DNA of 64,000 nucleotides from NCBI RefSeq assembly GCF_058153355.1, contig NZ_CM177019.1; one strand, 5' to 3'. Shown piece by piece: positions 63,900 to 64,000 of this stretch (position 1 is its first letter; each line of letters starts with the position of its first letter). The notes under the pieces were generated by a model. It saw only the letters and a program-made list of their open reading frames with translations, ran no database searches and was not told where the DNA came from. The position numbers and the translations under genes were made by a program.

Positions 63900-64000
63900 T
63901 GTTATCTCCTGCTGAGTATTACGCCTTTGCGGTGCCACAATCGGCCCAACTATTATGAGGCGCAAATTTTAATGCTTAGTGACTATAGACTATCCGGGTA

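Overview
This window reads as an Escherichia coli-type chromosomal segment, in inverted orientation relative to the K-12 map as I recall it (leuX through ytfK). All calls rest on reading the six-frame translations and the raw sequence by eye; no database search was run. The left ~8.8 kb is an AT-richer accessory island abutting the 3' end of tRNA-Leu(CAA) (leuX). It carries a window-truncated McrB-family GTPase gene, an uncharacterised 277-aa ORF and a complete type IC-like type I restriction-modification operon (hsdM-hsdS-hsdR). The rest is conserved core: ahr, yjgR, lptFG, pepA, holC, valS, yjgN/yjgM, rraB, argI, yjgL, tabA, bdcRA, yjgH, pyrLBI, ridA, mgtLA, treRBC, nrdDG, cybC, pmbA, yjgA, mpl, fbp, yjfF-ytfTRQ, ppa, ytfP, tamBA, msrA, ytfL, ytfK. 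The core is interrupted by four strain-specific insertions: (1) an IS621-type IS110-family element between ridA and mgtA, inserted in a REP sequence, whose non-coding left end carries stem-loops consistent with a bridge (guide) RNA; (2) an IS4 copy splitting yjgN with a 12-bp target duplication; (3) a relBE-like toxin-antitoxin pair abutting the nrdG stop codon; (4) an AT-rich zinc-ribbon membrane ORF between fbp and yjfF. The most interesting candidates are the IS621 bridge-RNA recombinase element and the McrB-like plus unknown-ORF module next to the type IC R-M system. No CRISPR array or rRNA was seen.
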